Notes: generated from the sequence alone by a model not told the origin. A stretch of 60,704 bases of DNA from Patescibacteria group bacterium (GCA_023379265.1 JAMCUI010000015.1:1-60704); one strand, 5' to 3'; counted from the first letter of the stretch, positions 10,638 through 21,776 are shown. Translations and numbers: made by a program.

Positions 10638-12743
10638 ATGGCAGGAAATGTTACTCTCACAAAAAACAGGGATGTTCCCATTGATAAAATCCGTAACATC
10701 GGGATTATCGCTCACATCGACGCTGGAAAGACCACCACTACAGAAAGAATTCTTTATTATACAGGGAGGACGTATAAGATTGGCGATATAGATGAGGGTA
10801 CGACACAGATGGACTGGATGCCTCAGGAAAGGGAAAGGGGTATCACTATCACTTCAGCTGCAACTACCACTTTCTGGAAAGATATCCGCATAAACATTAT
10901 TGACACACCGGGACATGTTGACTTTACGGCAGAAGTTGAAAGGTCTCTCCGTGTCCTTGATGGAGGAGTGACTGTACTTGATGCTGAAGAAGGAGTACAG
11001 TCGCAGTCTGAGACTGTTTGGCACCAGGCTGATAAATATAATGTGCCTCGTGTCTGTTTCGTAAACAAAATGGACAAGCTGGGAGCAGATTTCCACCGTA
11101 CGGTAGGCATGATAAAAGAAAGACTTGGGACACATCCGGCAATTATGACTTTGCCTATAGGAAAAGAAAATACTTTTAAGGGTGTAATTGATCTTTTATC
11201 TATGAAGAGTTTGATTTGGGGTAGTGATGAGTTGGGGGCAAAGTTTGAATTAAAAGATGAGATTCCTGCCGATATGAAAAAAGAGGTGGAGGAATACCGC
11301 CACAAACTTATAGAACAGATTTGTGAACAAGATGATGCGCTTCTGGAGAAATATCTTGGTGGACACCAGCCGACAGTTGATGAACTTAAGAAAGTATTGC
11401 GTAAAGCAACTATCGCTTACAAACTTGTCCCCATTTATTGCGGTACTTCGCTTCGCAATAAGGGAGTGCAACCACTTTTGGATGCAATTGTAGATTATTT
11501 ACCGTCTCCTCTGGATGTAGCTTCCATAAAAGGGATCAATCCTAAGACACAAAAAGAGGAGGAAAGAAAAACAAACAAAGAGGACCCTTTTTCCGCATTG
11601 GCTTTTAAGATTCAGCTTGATCCTCATGTAGGAAAATTGACTTATGTCAGGATTTATTCCGGAAAGGTTGCTTCAGGTTCTTATACATACAACGCGACAA
11701 AAGATAAACAGGAAAGAATAGGCAGGTTGCTTCTTATGCATGCAAACCAAAGAGAAGAAGTTACAGAAGCTTTAGCTGGGGAAATTGTTGCTATAGTGGG
11801 ACTGAAAGATACAGGTACGGGCGATACTCTTTGTGATGAAGCACACCCGATAATTCTGGAGAAAATCACTTTCCCTGATCCGGTTATTTCTCTTGCGATT
11901 GAGCCAAAAACGAAAGCCGATCAGGAGAAAATGGGTTTGGCTCTTCAAAGATTGTCAGAGGAAGATCCGACATTTATTGTCAAATCAAATTACGAGACCG
12001 GACAGACAATCATTTGGGGGATGGGAGAATTACATCTTGATGTTCTTGTTGATAGGATGAAGAGGGAATTCAAGGTAGACGCTAATGTCGGGGCACCACA
12101 GGTGGCATACAAGGAAACCGTCAAAAAGGTGGCAGAAGGTGAAGGTAAATATATCAGACAGACAGGGGGACGCGGTCAGTACGGACACTGTTTTCTACGT
12201 GTGGAGCCTAAGGCTCGGGGGGAAGGTAATGAATTTGTGGATGCAATAAAAGGCGGAGCAATACCAAATGAATTTATTCCTTCTGTAGAAAAGGGTGTGA
12301 AAGAAGCAGAAGATAAAGGGATTTTGGCAGGATATCCTTTAACTGATATAAAAGTTACACTCTATGACGGGACGTACCACGAGGTGGATTCCTCCGATAT
12401 AGCCTTTAAGATTGCCGGAAGCATGGCGCTTCAAAGCGCAACAAAACAGGCAGAATTGATACTCCTTGAACCCATTATGAAAGTGGAAGTGACAACTCCT
12501 GACGAGTTTATGGGTACCATAATTGGAGACCTTTCCAGTAAACGTGCACAGATACTCTCTACGGAAAAAAGAGGCAATATCACTCTCATTTTGGCTATGG
12601 TACCGTTGGCTGAACTATCAGGTTATGCTACAACCCTCCGGAGCCTTTCGCAGGGTAGGTCATCTTACTATATGGAGCCTTCTCATTATGAAGAAGTCCC
12701 AAAAAACATCACCGAAAAAATCGTCACCGCTTCTGCTTCATAA
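10638..12743 (+). CDS. fusA: Elongation factor G
   Basis: G1 motif AHIDAGKTT and DTPGHVDF. The ATG at 10638 ([26 protein letters not shown]) is preferred over the upstream ORF-track start. Confidence 0.95.
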   Translation: MAGNVTLTKNRDVPIDKIRNIGIIAHIDAGKTTTTERILYYTGRTYKIGDIDEGTTQMDWMPQERERGITITSAATTTFWKDIRINIIDTPGHVDFTAEVERSLRVLDGGVTVLDAEEGVQSQSETVWHQADKYNVPRVCFVNKMDKLGADFHRTVGMIKERLGTHPAIMTLPIGKENTFKGVIDLLSMKSLIWGSDELGAKFELKDEIPADMKKEVEEYRHKLIEQICEQDDALLEKYLGGHQPTVDELKKVLRKATIAYKLVPIYCGTSLRNKGVQPLLDAIVDYLPSPLDVASIKGINPKTQKEEERKTNKEDPFSALAFKIQLDPHVGKLTYVRIYSGKVASGSYTYNATKDKQERIGRLLLMHANQREEVTEALAGEIVAIVGLKDTGTGDTLCDEAHPIILEKITFPDPVISLAIEPKTKADQEKMGLALQRLSEEDPTFIVKSNYETGQTIIWGMGELHLDVLVDRMKREFKVDANVGAPQVAYKETVKKVAEGEGKYIRQTGGRGQYGHCFLRVEPKARGEGNEFVDAIKGGAIPNEFIPSVEKGVKEAEDKGILAGYPLTDIKVTLYDGTYHEVDSSDIAFKIAGSMALQSATKQAELILLEPIMKVEVTTPDEFMGTIIGDLSSKRAQILSTEKRGNITLILAMVPLAELSGYATTLRSLSQGRSSYYMEPSHYEEVPKNITEKIVTASAS

Positions 12744-12866
12744 ATAAATCAGGTTTTCATGTCGTAACTTTCCAAGAGTTGGGTTCTCAATCCCATTTTC
12801 TATATATTCCTAAATAAAAGGGAAGAAACTGGTCTATCTACATTGATCTGTAGTATCTGACTTTTG

Positions 12867-12893
12867 ATTTAATCCTTCGCCGAAATCTCCGGG
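12867..12893 (+). repeat. Dispersed intergenic motif, copy A (ATTTAATCCTTCGCcGAAATCTCCGGG)
   Basis: 26 of 27 nt identical to 27151-27177. Follows a small hairpin and T-run downstream of fusA. Confidence 0.7.
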
Positions 12894-13289
12894 CATAAGA
12901 GTGAGAGATGAATGCAAATTTATCGCTCAGGAGGAAGCCCCGGGCATAAGAGCGGGTAGCTTCATTTGTGAGAATATCAGAATAGAGAGTATAATAAAGA
13001 TAAGTTGTGATTGTAAGAAGGTTTCCGGTTATAAATTATGAAAAATAACAGGTTTAAATTTTTTTCTACAAGATCTGACAGGATTTCATATAAGAGAGAT
13101 AAGCGCCAATTCATTGAGATCAAGACACCCGTTAGTATCCTTAAGAATTTTAAAAACTCAGTATTTAACCGATTCTATAATAAAAAATCCGATGGAATCG
13201 ATTCTCCACAAAAAAGAGACAAATAATTAAAATAATTTCTTCAGTATAGATAAATTAATTATTAAATTCAAAATTGCAGTGAAATAAAT

Positions 13290-13949
13290 ATGGTTACAGA
13301 TATTAATAAAACTAAGAAGTTTGAAGATTTCTATACTCAATTCAAACTACGTTCTTATAAAAAAGGCGAAATGCTCATCAGATCAGATGATAATCCTCAA
13401 GGTATTTTTTGTTTAACAAAAGGATATGTCAGACAATACGCGCTTTCGACTGCCGGCATTGAACTTACCCTTCATATATTAAAACCAATCTCTTACTTTC
13501 CTATGGTATGGGCGATCAATGGTACTCCAAATATTTATAATTTTGAAGCTTTAACTGACGTTGAGGTAGGACGAGCACCCCGTGATGATGTAGTAAACTT
13601 CATTAAAGACAAACCGAAGATTATATTTGAACTAATGAGTGAGCTACTGGAAGATTATGCCGAATCTTTGACCCGTGTTGAGCATCTGGTTTTTAGCGAT
13701 GCTTATAGGCGGGTGATATCAGTGCTTTTGTATATTGCGAAGCATTTCGGTGAAAATGATGGTAGACAAATAATTATTGCTCATCGGTTTACCCATCAGG
13801 ATATTGCGACATTGGTTGGTGTTGCCCGAGAAACGGCCAGTATCGAAATGGTAAAATTGGAAAGAAAAGGATTGGTTGAATATAGCGATCATATGATGTT
13901 ATTTAAGAGTCTCGAAAGGCTGGAACATGAATTGCTGTCAGGCCACTAG
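13290..13949 (+). CDS. Crp/Fnr-family transcriptional regulator
   Basis: 219 aa with an N-terminal cNMP-binding-like beta-roll and a C-terminal HTH (HQDIATLVGVARETASIEMVKLERKG). Confidence 0.8.
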   Translation: MVTDINKTKKFEDFYTQFKLRSYKKGEMLIRSDDNPQGIFCLTKGYVRQYALSTAGIELTLHILKPISYFPMVWAINGTPNIYNFEALTDVEVGRAPRDDVVNFIKDKPKIIFELMSELLEDYAESLTRVEHLVFSDAYRRVISVLLYIAKHFGENDGRQIIIAHRFTHQDIATLVGVARETASIEMVKLERKGLVEYSDHMMLFKSLERLEHELLSGH

Positions 13950-14173
13950 CACGAAATCTCCCCTTACACATAAACTGTAATCCGGATTACTCTCATATTG
14001 TCACTCAAGTTGCTGACGCGCCTTCACTACTGAGTTATACTCATTTATGTTATCAGGGTAGTAGATAGATAAAAGAAAGGTATCAATAATCTTATTAAAA
14101 AATATTTCGAACTTAACAACCTGATAATCAAAAGAATTATTAATATTGGAAACTATAAAAGGAGATGAGATAT

Positions 14174-14311
14174 ATGATGACAAAGGATATCAAAGTAATT
14201 GATAAGACGGGTGACAAGAATTCTCAGAAAGTAGATGTAAAGCCTATTGAGAAGGTAGATAAAAAGGAAAAGGATATCAGCAATGCTGAGTCAGTAAAAA
14301 AGAATGTATAG
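14174..14311 (+). CDS. Small Lys-rich hypothetical protein (45 aa)
   Basis: AAGGAG Shine-Dalgarno 7 nt upstream of the ATG; followed by the intrinsic terminator at 14415-14442. No recognisable homology. Confidence 0.35.
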   Translation: MMTKDIKVIDKTGDKNSQKVDVKPIEKVDKKEKDISNAESVKKNV

Positions 14312-14414
14312 TTAAATGAAGAAAAGTGAAAAAGCTAATTCTTCGATATATTGATCTTACAAACGCTTAATTTTACAATAAGCTTATTTCGGAGACAATA
14401 TATAGCTAAGACAA

Positions 14415-14442
14415 TCCATCGGACAAATCCGATGGGTTTTTT
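14415..14442 (+). terminator. Rho-independent terminator
   Basis: Stem tCCATCGGA / TCCGATGGg with a 4-nt loop, followed by TTTTTT. Confidence 0.7.
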
Positions 14443-14856
14443 AGTTATGCGGGTACAAATAGATAGTAATCTGTATTACTTAAAAACTGATATCGGAATT
14501 ACTGAATTGATCATTTATTGAACATATACTTATATAAATAATCGGATTACATCAGGAAAACAAATTAATAAATTAAAAATATTATGATTTTTACAATATT
14601 TGATTACATATTTAGAGGCGGTATTTTTTACGATATGTTTTTATTGTTCACGGTACAGATTGAATCTTAGATAAAGGTAAGTATGATTGTCAAATTATTC
14701 AGACAGCTATTTTCTAAAACCCAAAAAGAAACAAAACAGAGAGATTTTGAGTGGGAAAGATTTCAACAGACAACAGCGAAAGAACAATTTCTAAAATTAT
14801 GGGGAATGGGAATAACGATCCCTACAATATTTTTGTTATAAAGGAGGTGAAAATAT

Positions 14857-15303
14857 ATGAACACACAAACACAGGAGGAAGTTACAACAGTTGAGAACAT
14901 AAGGCCTTCCCAAGTCGTGAGAAAAACGACAACACAAAGAGACCCTTTGATAAAAGAAGAAGCTCCGCAGAAAGTCTTTGATAAGAAGAAGAGAATTTTT
15001 AGAATAAATCAAATAATTTGGTACATTTTAGGATTTGTTGAGGTGCTTCTCGCATTCAGAATAGTGCTCAAGGCGTTAGGAGCAAACCAAGGTAGCGGCT
15101 TTACGAGTTTTATATATTCAATTACTGGACCTTTAGCGCTTCCGTTTAGCGGGATTCTGGGTGAAAGTTTGAACGGAAATTCACTCATTGAGTGGTCCAG
15201 TGTATTTGCGGTAGTGGTTTATCTCGTTATTGCAGGAGGTCTGGTTTATCTTTTGGATCTTGTTAACCCTGTGACCCAGGAGGAAGTGGTAGCAGCAGTA
15301 TAA
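14857..15303 (+). CDS. YggT-family membrane protein
   Basis: 148 aa with YggT-like segments (FRIVLKALGAN...FTSFIYSITGPLALPF) and two TM helices; strong SD AAAGGAGGTGA. Confidence 0.7.
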   Translation: MNTQTQEEVTTVENIRPSQVVRKTTTQRDPLIKEEAPQKVFDKKKRIFRINQIIWYILGFVEVLLAFRIVLKALGANQGSGFTSFIYSITGPLALPFSGILGESLNGNSLIEWSSVFAVVVYLVIAGGLVYLLDLVNPVTQEEVVAAV

Positions 15304-15313
15304 CGAGGAATAT

Positions 15314-15574
15314 ATGATTAAGTTATTTTCTCCAGTTTATCTGAACCCAATTTCAAAGCAGGATAAAGTAGAACAAGGCGAACGCAGCAAAATAAGTTAT
15401 TGGCTCGGAAAACTGTATAGTCAAGAAGAAAAGAAAGTGCAAGAAGAACGCGGGAAAAAACAATTGCTGGGTAGTAAGTCTGGAGGTGAGTCAGAAATTG
15501 ATAAATCTTTAGAGGAAGAGGGCAAAGATGAACAGATTAAAAACCAGGCTATTAAAAAAGAGGCAGACAGGTAA
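15314..15574 (+). CDS. Hypothetical Lys/Glu-rich protein
   Basis: 86-aa ORF immediately downstream of the yggT-like gene. No recognisable motif. Confidence 0.35.
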   Translation: MIKLFSPVYLNPISKQDKVEQGERSKISYWLGKLYSQEEKKVQEERGKKQLLGSKSGGESEIDKSLEEEGKDEQIKNQAIKKEADR

Positions 15575-15595
15575 ACAATAGATGATCTAGTCAGG

Positions 15596-15979
15596 ATGTC
15601 CAACAGGTGTATTTATAGCCTTTCAACACAATTTCCCTGGAACTTTTTCCCGAATTCTATAGATATAGAAGAAGACAGGGTTACTTTTACTTTCCACCAA
15701 TTTCTCGCATCACAATCACACAGTGTTGATATTAAAGATATCGCCAATGTATTTATAGAATCATCTCTCTTCTCTGCTACTTTGCAGGTAGTTTCTCACA
15801 CTTATATAAAAAATGATATTAAAATCGAGTATTTAAACAGGAAGAAAGCTGAAAAGGCGCGGAGAATTATCGAAGGACTCAGAACCTTTGCGGAACACAA
15901 CATAAATACATCCAATTATGGCGTTGATGAATTAATCACAAAAATTGAAGAATTTCATATAAAACATTCTGTATCATAA
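15596..15979 (+). CDS. Hypothetical protein
   Basis: 127-aa ORF co-directional with its neighbours. No recognisable motif. Confidence 0.4.
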   Translation: MSNRCIYSLSTQFPWNFFPNSIDIEEDRVTFTFHQFLASQSHSVDIKDIANVFIESSLFSATLQVVSHTYIKNDIKIEYLNRKKAEKARRIIEGLRTFAEHNINTSNYGVDELITKIEEFHIKHSVS

Positions 15980-16102
15980 AGTCTTGTTATTTTTGTTTCA
16001 GGAAAGTTTATATTCAGCTGAAGCATATCATTCGGATTCCCCGACCGTAAGGTCAAAGAAACATCAATTTCCATTTTTAGAGAAGTCTTATAGAATAAGA
16101 TC

Positions 16103-16540
16103 ATGAATTATAAACTCAAAGAAGAAAAAATATCAAAGATAATACAAACCATTTTTGATTTGGATAATAAAATTTATACTGAAAGATATCACCTGCGGTC
16201 AAAAGATCTTAAGCAACTGTCCGGTTATATGGAAGGCAGCAAAGTTTATGTAGCCTATGATGGTGAGATACCAATAGGGTACATAGCTTACAGGAAAAAG
16301 TGTAATGAGGTGAATATCCCCAGTCTTGCAGTTTTATCCCAATACAGGAATAAAGGGATAGGTACGGTGCTTATGAAGAAATTGATGGAAAAACTCAAAA
16401 AACACAAGTTTCATCTTACTACACATCCTGCTAACAGCCGGGCAATACGTTTCTATCTGAAATTTGGTTTTACGATTTCAGCCTTGAAGGATAATTATTA
16501 CGGTAAAGATCAGCCAAGACTTATCTTAATAAAAGAATAG
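16103..16540 (+). CDS. GNAT-family N-acetyltransferase
   Basis: 145 aa with acetyl-CoA motif A (LAVLSQYRNKGIGTVLMKKL). Confidence 0.8.
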   Translation: MNYKLKEEKISKIIQTIFDLDNKIYTERYHLRSKDLKQLSGYMEGSKVYVAYDGEIPIGYIAYRKKCNEVNIPSLAVLSQYRNKGIGTVLMKKLMEKLKKHKFHLTTHPANSRAIRFYLKFGFTISALKDNYYGKDQPRLILIKE

Positions 16541-16573
16541 AGGTATCTTATCTAATAAGAAGGATACAGAGTT

Positions 16574-17656
16574 TCAGAACTTTTCTAATTGTCTTAAAAG
16601 ACGATATCCGATTTTCTTAAAAGGGATTTCAACTAAATAATATAATATTATGGCAATAATAATACTGTAAATTAGTACAAGGTAATACCTGATAAAATAG
16701 TTTAGAAGGGCTTTTGTACCTGAAGAGGTATCCATAAAACTAAGCCTACCAATATTGGCAAGTTTTTCTAAAACTGCAAAATGAACCAAATATAATCCAT
16801 AACTAATTTTGCCGAGTAAAACGGTAAAATTGTTTACGATCAGTTTCGGTTTCAACAACATACTGAATAATATCAGAAAGAAAAATAGACCAGAAAAAGG
16901 ATTAGCTTCGAGTAAATGCATTCCGGTTAAGCTTAAAAATATATAAATAAAAAATATATATAAAAGAGCTCTACTTATATTTTTGTCTATCTGATACTTT
17001 GCATTTTCATAAATAAGAAAATAAAGAATAAATCCTAAACCAAATAAAGGCAGCTGCATAAAGAAATACTGATCAAGGTAAGCTTTCCAAAGTTGTGAAT
17101 CGGCAACCAGAGGATACCTACTAAAAATAATAAAAAGCGCTTCCTTAATCAAAATACTCAAAAAGGTGAAGATTACGGCCTCTTTCAGGTTTTTTACTAT
17201 TTTGACCAGCGCCGGTAATATGAGATAAAAACTGGCTATAACCGCAATAAACCATCCCCCGGGTACGATACTGTTGATGTAATAGGGAAAAAATCCGTGA
17301 GTGAACGTCAGGTTTGCAAGAATATTTTTGAAACTGTCTTGATCCAAAGGATGCCCATATTTAGTAATAAAATAATAAACCACTGCGATGTAATATATCG
17401 GAGCGATACGAATAATTCTTTTAACATAAAAGGAAAGAGTACTGTGTTTATATGTATGTGTCTTTAATTTTAATGAAGCATATAACGTCATTGCCGAAAT
17501 CATAAAAAATACTTCTACGAAAAATCTGCCATTTGAAAATAGGTTACTGAAAAATACAGGTATATTTTCATTGTTTCCGTAAAGATAACAGTGGACTGCG
17601 ATTATGCCTAGTATAGCTATACCTTTTAATGCATCTATTGATCTGAAATGTCTCAT
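16574..17656 (-). CDS. Membrane acyltransferase (Acyl_transf_3 family)
   Basis: Polytopic membrane protein with the typical N-terminus MRHFRSIDALKGIAILGIIAVHC. The ATG at 17656 is preferred over the TTG at 17701. Confidence 0.8.
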   Translation of the reverse strand: MRHFRSIDALKGIAILGIIAVHCYLYGNNENIPVFFSNLFSNGRFFVEVFFMISAMTLYASLKLKTHTYKHSTLSFYVKRIIRIAPIYYIAVVYYFITKYGHPLDQDSFKNILANLTFTHGFFPYYINSIVPGGWFIAVIASFYLILPALVKIVKNLKEAVIFTFLSILIKEALFIIFSRYPLVADSQLWKAYLDQYFFMQLPLFGLGFILYFLIYENAKYQIDKNISRALLYIFFIYIFLSLTGMHLLEANPFSGLFFFLILFSMLLKPKLIVNNFTVLLGKISYGLYLVHFAVLEKLANIGRLSFMDTSSGTKALLNYFIRYYLVLIYSIIIAIILYYLVEIPFKKIGYRLLRQLEKF

Positions 17657-17886
17657 GTCAGTTAATAAATATGTGATAGTCGCACTATAATTTAAGGACA
17701 AAGAATAAAATATTTACATGTTATTATACTCTCGTGATAGAGAAAGAATAAGTTGCCTGATTTATAAAACAACTTTTTCTGGTATAATCATTTATAAGAA
17801 GATCAGGTTTTCATACCGGGCATTTAAGCATCCTGAAGCAATCAGGAGGGACTTCTGCAAATTTATAACTTAAATTTATGGTATGA

Positions 17887-20475
17887 ATGCCTGGTTTTTT
17901 TATGAGTTCCGACAGAAAAGCTATCCGATTAAAAGATAACTTGATGCCAAAAGAACCCGATAAAGTCATATCCGGCTTATCCCAGAAAGAGGCTGCGGCG
18001 AGACTGGAAAAAGACGGATTCAACGAGCTTCCTTCCCAGAAGAGACAAAATATCTTCTCTATCTTTCTGCGTGTAATCTCCGAACCGATGCTGCTTCTTC
18101 TTATTGGAAGCGGTATGGTCTATCTTTTCCTGGGAGAAGTAAAGGATGCGCTGATGCTTCTGTCGTTCATTTTTGTGGTAATCGGTATCACTTTTTATCA
18201 GGAGAGAAAAACAGAGAGGACTCTTGAGGCTTTGAGAAATCTGTCCAGTCCAAGGGCTTTGGTCATAAGGGATGGTGAAAGGAAGAGAATTGCCGGCAGG
18301 GAAGTGGTAAAGGGGGATATTATACTTCTTCACGAGGGTGATCGTGTCCCGGCTGATAGTAGGATATTATCATGCGAAAATCTGTCGGTTGATGAGTCGC
18401 TTATTACTGGAGAATCGGTACCAGTCAGAAAATCTGAGGCGGATGGAAATCCAGTAAACCCGCGGCCGGGAGGAGACGATTTGCCTTTTGTTTTCTCAGG
18501 GTCCCTCATAGTAAGCGGAAGAGGTGTCGCTCAGGTAATTTCAACCGGAATCTATACGGAGATGGGGAAAATCGGCAAAGCCCTGGAAACAATAAAAGAA
18601 GAAGAAACCCTATTGAAGAAAGAAACCGACAGAATTGTCAAGATTGTCACTTTCATAGGTATATCTTTATGCATCTTTATCGTTGTGATCTATGCTTTAG
18701 CCAAAAACGACCTTCTTGGTGGTTTCCTGTCCGGTCTTGCCTTGAGTATGGCCATGCTGCCTGAGGAATTTCCAGTAGTGCTTATTATCTTTCTGACCCT
18801 TGGCGCCTGGAGGATATCAAAAAGAAGAGTATTGACCAGAAAACCGGCTGTGATTGAAACACTGGGTGCGGCTACAGTTCTCTGTGTTGATAAGACGGGT
18901 ACTCTGACTTTGAATAAAATGGAGCTGGCAGATATATTTTCCAACAATTCTCTTTATGAATTAAATGACTCTGGGATTCTTCCCGAAAAACACCACGATC
19001 TTATGGAATATGGAATTTTAGCCAGCCAACGAGATCCTTTTGATCCAATAGAAAAAGAGATTAAGAAAAAGGGAGAATTTTACCTGAAGAACACTGAACA
19101 CATTCATGGTAATTGGAATCTGGTAAAAGAATATCCTTTATCCAAAGAGCTTTTGGCTCTATCCCATGTCTGGCAGTCGCCCGATAAGGAAGATTTTGTG
19201 ATAGCTGCCAAAGGTGCGCCGGAAGCAGTTCTTGATCTATGTCATGCACGTAAATCTGAAAAGGCAAAGACACTGGGAACGGTAAGGGAAATGTCGGAAA
19301 AAGGATTGAGAGTCCTGGGAGTCGCAAAAGCATTTTTTACAGAATCAAGCCTCCCTAATAAACAGCATGATTATGACTTCGAATTTGTAGGGCTTTTGGG
19401 TTTTATTGATCCGATACGTCTGGCTGTACCGGAGGCTGTGAAGGAAGCATACAATGCCGGAATAAGGATAGTCATGATTACCGGAGACTATCCGGGCACT
19501 GCTACATTTGTAGCAAGAAAAATAGGGCTTTTGCATCCTGACGATCATATTACAGGAGACCAGTTGTCAAGACTTAACCATCAGGAGTTGAGGGAAAAGT
19601 TAAGACATATAAATATTTTTGCCAGAATAGTACCGGAGCAGAAATTGGCCATAGTAAATGCCCTCAAGGCAAACGGAGAGATTGTAGCTATGACCGGAGA
19701 CGGGGTAAATGATGCCCCGGCACTCAAATCAGCAAATATAGGTATAGCCATGGGGGAGAGAGGAACAGATGTGGCAAGGGAGGCGTCGTCTCTGGTCCTT
19801 CTCAATGATGATTTTTCATCAATTGTAGCAGCTGTGCGTTTGGGAAGAAGAATTTATGACAATCTCAAAAGAGCCATGGGCTATATTTTTGCGGTACATA
19901 TACCTATTGCAGGTATGTCTCTTCTTCCGGTAATATTTAATCTTCCGTCTGTACTTCTGCCGGCGCATATTGCTTTTCTGGAGCTTATAATCGATCCGGC
20001 TTGTTCAACAGTATTTGAATCGGAAAAAGAAGATGAGCATATAATGCAAAAGCCGCCAAGAAATCTTTATCAGCCGTTATTTAATAGAGGAATTATAAGT
20101 ATAAGTATCCTGCAGGGCATAAGTGTACTAGTTATGGTATTTCTTATATTTATTTATTCCCTTTTTATCGGCAAAAATGATGTCGAGGCAAGATCTGTTG
20201 CCTTTACCACTCTCGTATTTGCAAACCTGATGCTTATTGTGACCAATCTTTCCTGGACAAAGAATTTTTTCCAAATAATCTTATCGGCAAACAGGGCACT
20301 AATGATTGTTTCGGGATTTGCCCTTGTCTCCCTCTTTCTGGTCATTTATATGCCATTTTTGCGATCACTTTTCCATTTTACTTTTCTGCATACCGATGAC
20401 TTGATCCTTTCATTTGTGACTGCGGCAATAGCCATTCTGTGGTTTGAAATAATAAAAATTTTCAGGAAAATTTGA
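17887..20475 (+). CDS. Cation-transporting P-type ATPase (type II, Ca2+/Mn2+-like)
   Basis: DKTGTLT phosphorylation site, MITGD, GDGVNDAPAL, about 10 TM segments. The exact start is uncertain (17887, 17902 or 17944). Confidence 0.9.
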   Translation: MPGFFMSSDRKAIRLKDNLMPKEPDKVISGLSQKEAAARLEKDGFNELPSQKRQNIFSIFLRVISEPMLLLLIGSGMVYLFLGEVKDALMLLSFIFVVIGITFYQERKTERTLEALRNLSSPRALVIRDGERKRIAGREVVKGDIILLHEGDRVPADSRILSCENLSVDESLITGESVPVRKSEADGNPVNPRPGGDDLPFVFSGSLIVSGRGVAQVISTGIYTEMGKIGKALETIKEEETLLKKETDRIVKIVTFIGISLCIFIVVIYALAKNDLLGGFLSGLALSMAMLPEEFPVVLIIFLTLGAWRISKRRVLTRKPAVIETLGAATVLCVDKTGTLTLNKMELADIFSNNSLYELNDSGILPEKHHDLMEYGILASQRDPFDPIEKEIKKKGEFYLKNTEHIHGNWNLVKEYPLSKELLALSHVWQSPDKEDFVIAAKGAPEAVLDLCHARKSEKAKTLGTVREMSEKGLRVLGVAKAFFTESSLPNKQHDYDFEFVGLLGFIDPIRLAVPEAVKEAYNAGIRIVMITGDYPGTATFVARKIGLLHPDDHITGDQLSRLNHQELREKLRHINIFARIVPEQKLAIVNALKANGEIVAMTGDGVNDAPALKSANIGIAMGERGTDVAREASSLVLLNDDFSSIVAAVRLGRRIYDNLKRAMGYIFAVHIPIAGMSLLPVIFNLPSVLLPAHIAFLELIIDPACSTVFESEKEDEHIMQKPPRNLYQPLFNRGIISISILQGISVLVMVFLIFIYSLFIGKNDVEARSVAFTTLVFANLMLIVTNLSWTKNFFQIILSANRALMIVSGFALVSLFLVIYMPFLRSLFHFTFLHTDDLILSFVTAAIAILWFEIIKIFRKI

Positions 20476-20505
20476 TCGGTATAAACGGTATGGCTTTGTA
20501 TCAAA

Positions 20506-21729
20506 TTAACAATAATACATTTTCAGAAAAGATTTGCGAAAATCAATTACGCCTTTTCTAATTTCTTTGATTGACTTTCTTTTCAGTAATACATCAGATA
20601 TAAATTTTGCTATTTGTTTCATTTCTTCTTCTCTCATACCAAGCCTTGTAACTTCATTTGTCCCAATTCTAATCCCGGTCTGATCTGATATTTTATTCCA
20701 CGGCAGCTGAAAAGAATTTACTATGATATTTGCTTTTTCCAGTAACCGCATTGTTTCATCTCCTGACTTTTTAACATCAATAAGCACAGTGTGGCTCCTG
20801 GTAAAATTTTTGTGAGGACAGATGACTTCAAGTCCGAATTTATATAATGCTTGTGCTAAAGCTTGAGCATTTTTTATGACCTGGACTGCATATTCGTGTC
20901 CGTATTTTTCAAATTCCGCCAAAGTGATAGCCAATCCTGTGACGTGATGAGCGTGATGGTTTGATGTAAACATGGGTACTAATGCACGTTCAATTTTCTT
21001 TCGATATTGTTTTATATTTTTACAGGCGACAAGCCCGTGACTTGGCCCCGAAAGAGTCTTATTTGTACTTGTTGAAATCATGTCGGCTCCTTCACCCAGC
21101 GGGTCCTGAAATGTCTGTCCGGCAATAAGCCCTGCTACGTGAGCTGCGTCATAAAGAATTTTTGTCCCGGTATGGTCACATATTTTTCGGAGCTCTTTTA
21201 ACGGTGTCGGAAAAAGGAATTCCGATGTCCCCAAAAGTACCACTTTAGGTTTTTTCCTATGGATAGTTTTTTTTGCTTTTTCCAGATCAATAGTAAACTC
21301 TTTTCTGTCAAAAGGGAGAGATGCTACTCTGACTCCAAAAAGAGAAAGCAGGTTGTTTTTTGCATGGCTATAATGTCCTGTATCTTTTGTCCTAAGGGAT
21401 AATAGAAGATCTCCCGGTTGGAGGAGTGCATAAAAAGCCACCATATTTGCCACCATTCCGGAAGTGGGCTGCAAATTTACGTACTTCGCATGGAAAAGTT
21501 TCCGGGCAAGATTTGCCGCGGTACTTTCTATCTTGTCAAAATAATGGTTTCCGGCATACCATCTGTGGTTTATTCTTCCGACTGTGTATCTGTTTCCAAG
21601 ATCCGATGATATTGCCAGCCGTGTGAGTGGGCTCATCAGATTTTCTGAAGTAACAAGATTTAGACAATTATTCCGGAAAGAGTTATGTTTATTTATTTGT
21701 TTGATCAGTTTGTGTACATGATTTTTCAT
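20506..21729 (-). CDS. glyA: Serine hydroxymethyltransferase
   Basis: LNLVTSENLMSP and the PLP-lysine block STSTNKTLSGPSHG. The ATG at 21729 is used because the upstream part of the ORF-track call (to 21876) is the T-box leader. Confidence 0.85.
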   Translation of the reverse strand: MKNHVHKLIKQINKHNSFRNNCLNLVTSENLMSPLTRLAISSDLGNRYTVGRINHRWYAGNHYFDKIESTAANLARKLFHAKYVNLQPTSGMVANMVAFYALLQPGDLLLSLRTKDTGHYSHAKNNLLSLFGVRVASLPFDRKEFTIDLEKAKKTIHRKKPKVVLLGTSEFLFPTPLKELRKICDHTGTKILYDAAHVAGLIAGQTFQDPLGEGADMISTSTNKTLSGPSHGLVACKNIKQYRKKIERALVPMFTSNHHAHHVTGLAITLAEFEKYGHEYAVQVIKNAQALAQALYKFGLEVICPHKNFTRSHTVLIDVKKSGDETMRLLEKANIIVNSFQLPWNKISDQTGIRIGTNEVTRLGMREEEMKQIAKFISDVLLKRKSIKEIRKGVIDFRKSFLKMYYC

Positions 21730-21736
21730 AAGCCAC

Positions 21737-21776
21737 AAAAAAACCGTCCCAACGTTTATAAAAACGTAAGGGACGG
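21737..21776 (-). terminator. Intrinsic terminator of the T-box expression platform
   Basis: Minus strand: CCGTCCCttACGTTTttatAAACGTtGGGACGG followed by U7, ending 8 nt before the glyA ATG. Confidence 0.8.

Noticed and set aside
12900-12960. An SRP (4.5S) RNA-like string CUCAGGAGGAAGCC downstream of fusA.
   Set aside because: The GGAA tetraloop hairpin and the symmetric-loop AGCA/GGAAGCAGC context are absent, and the local fold differs.
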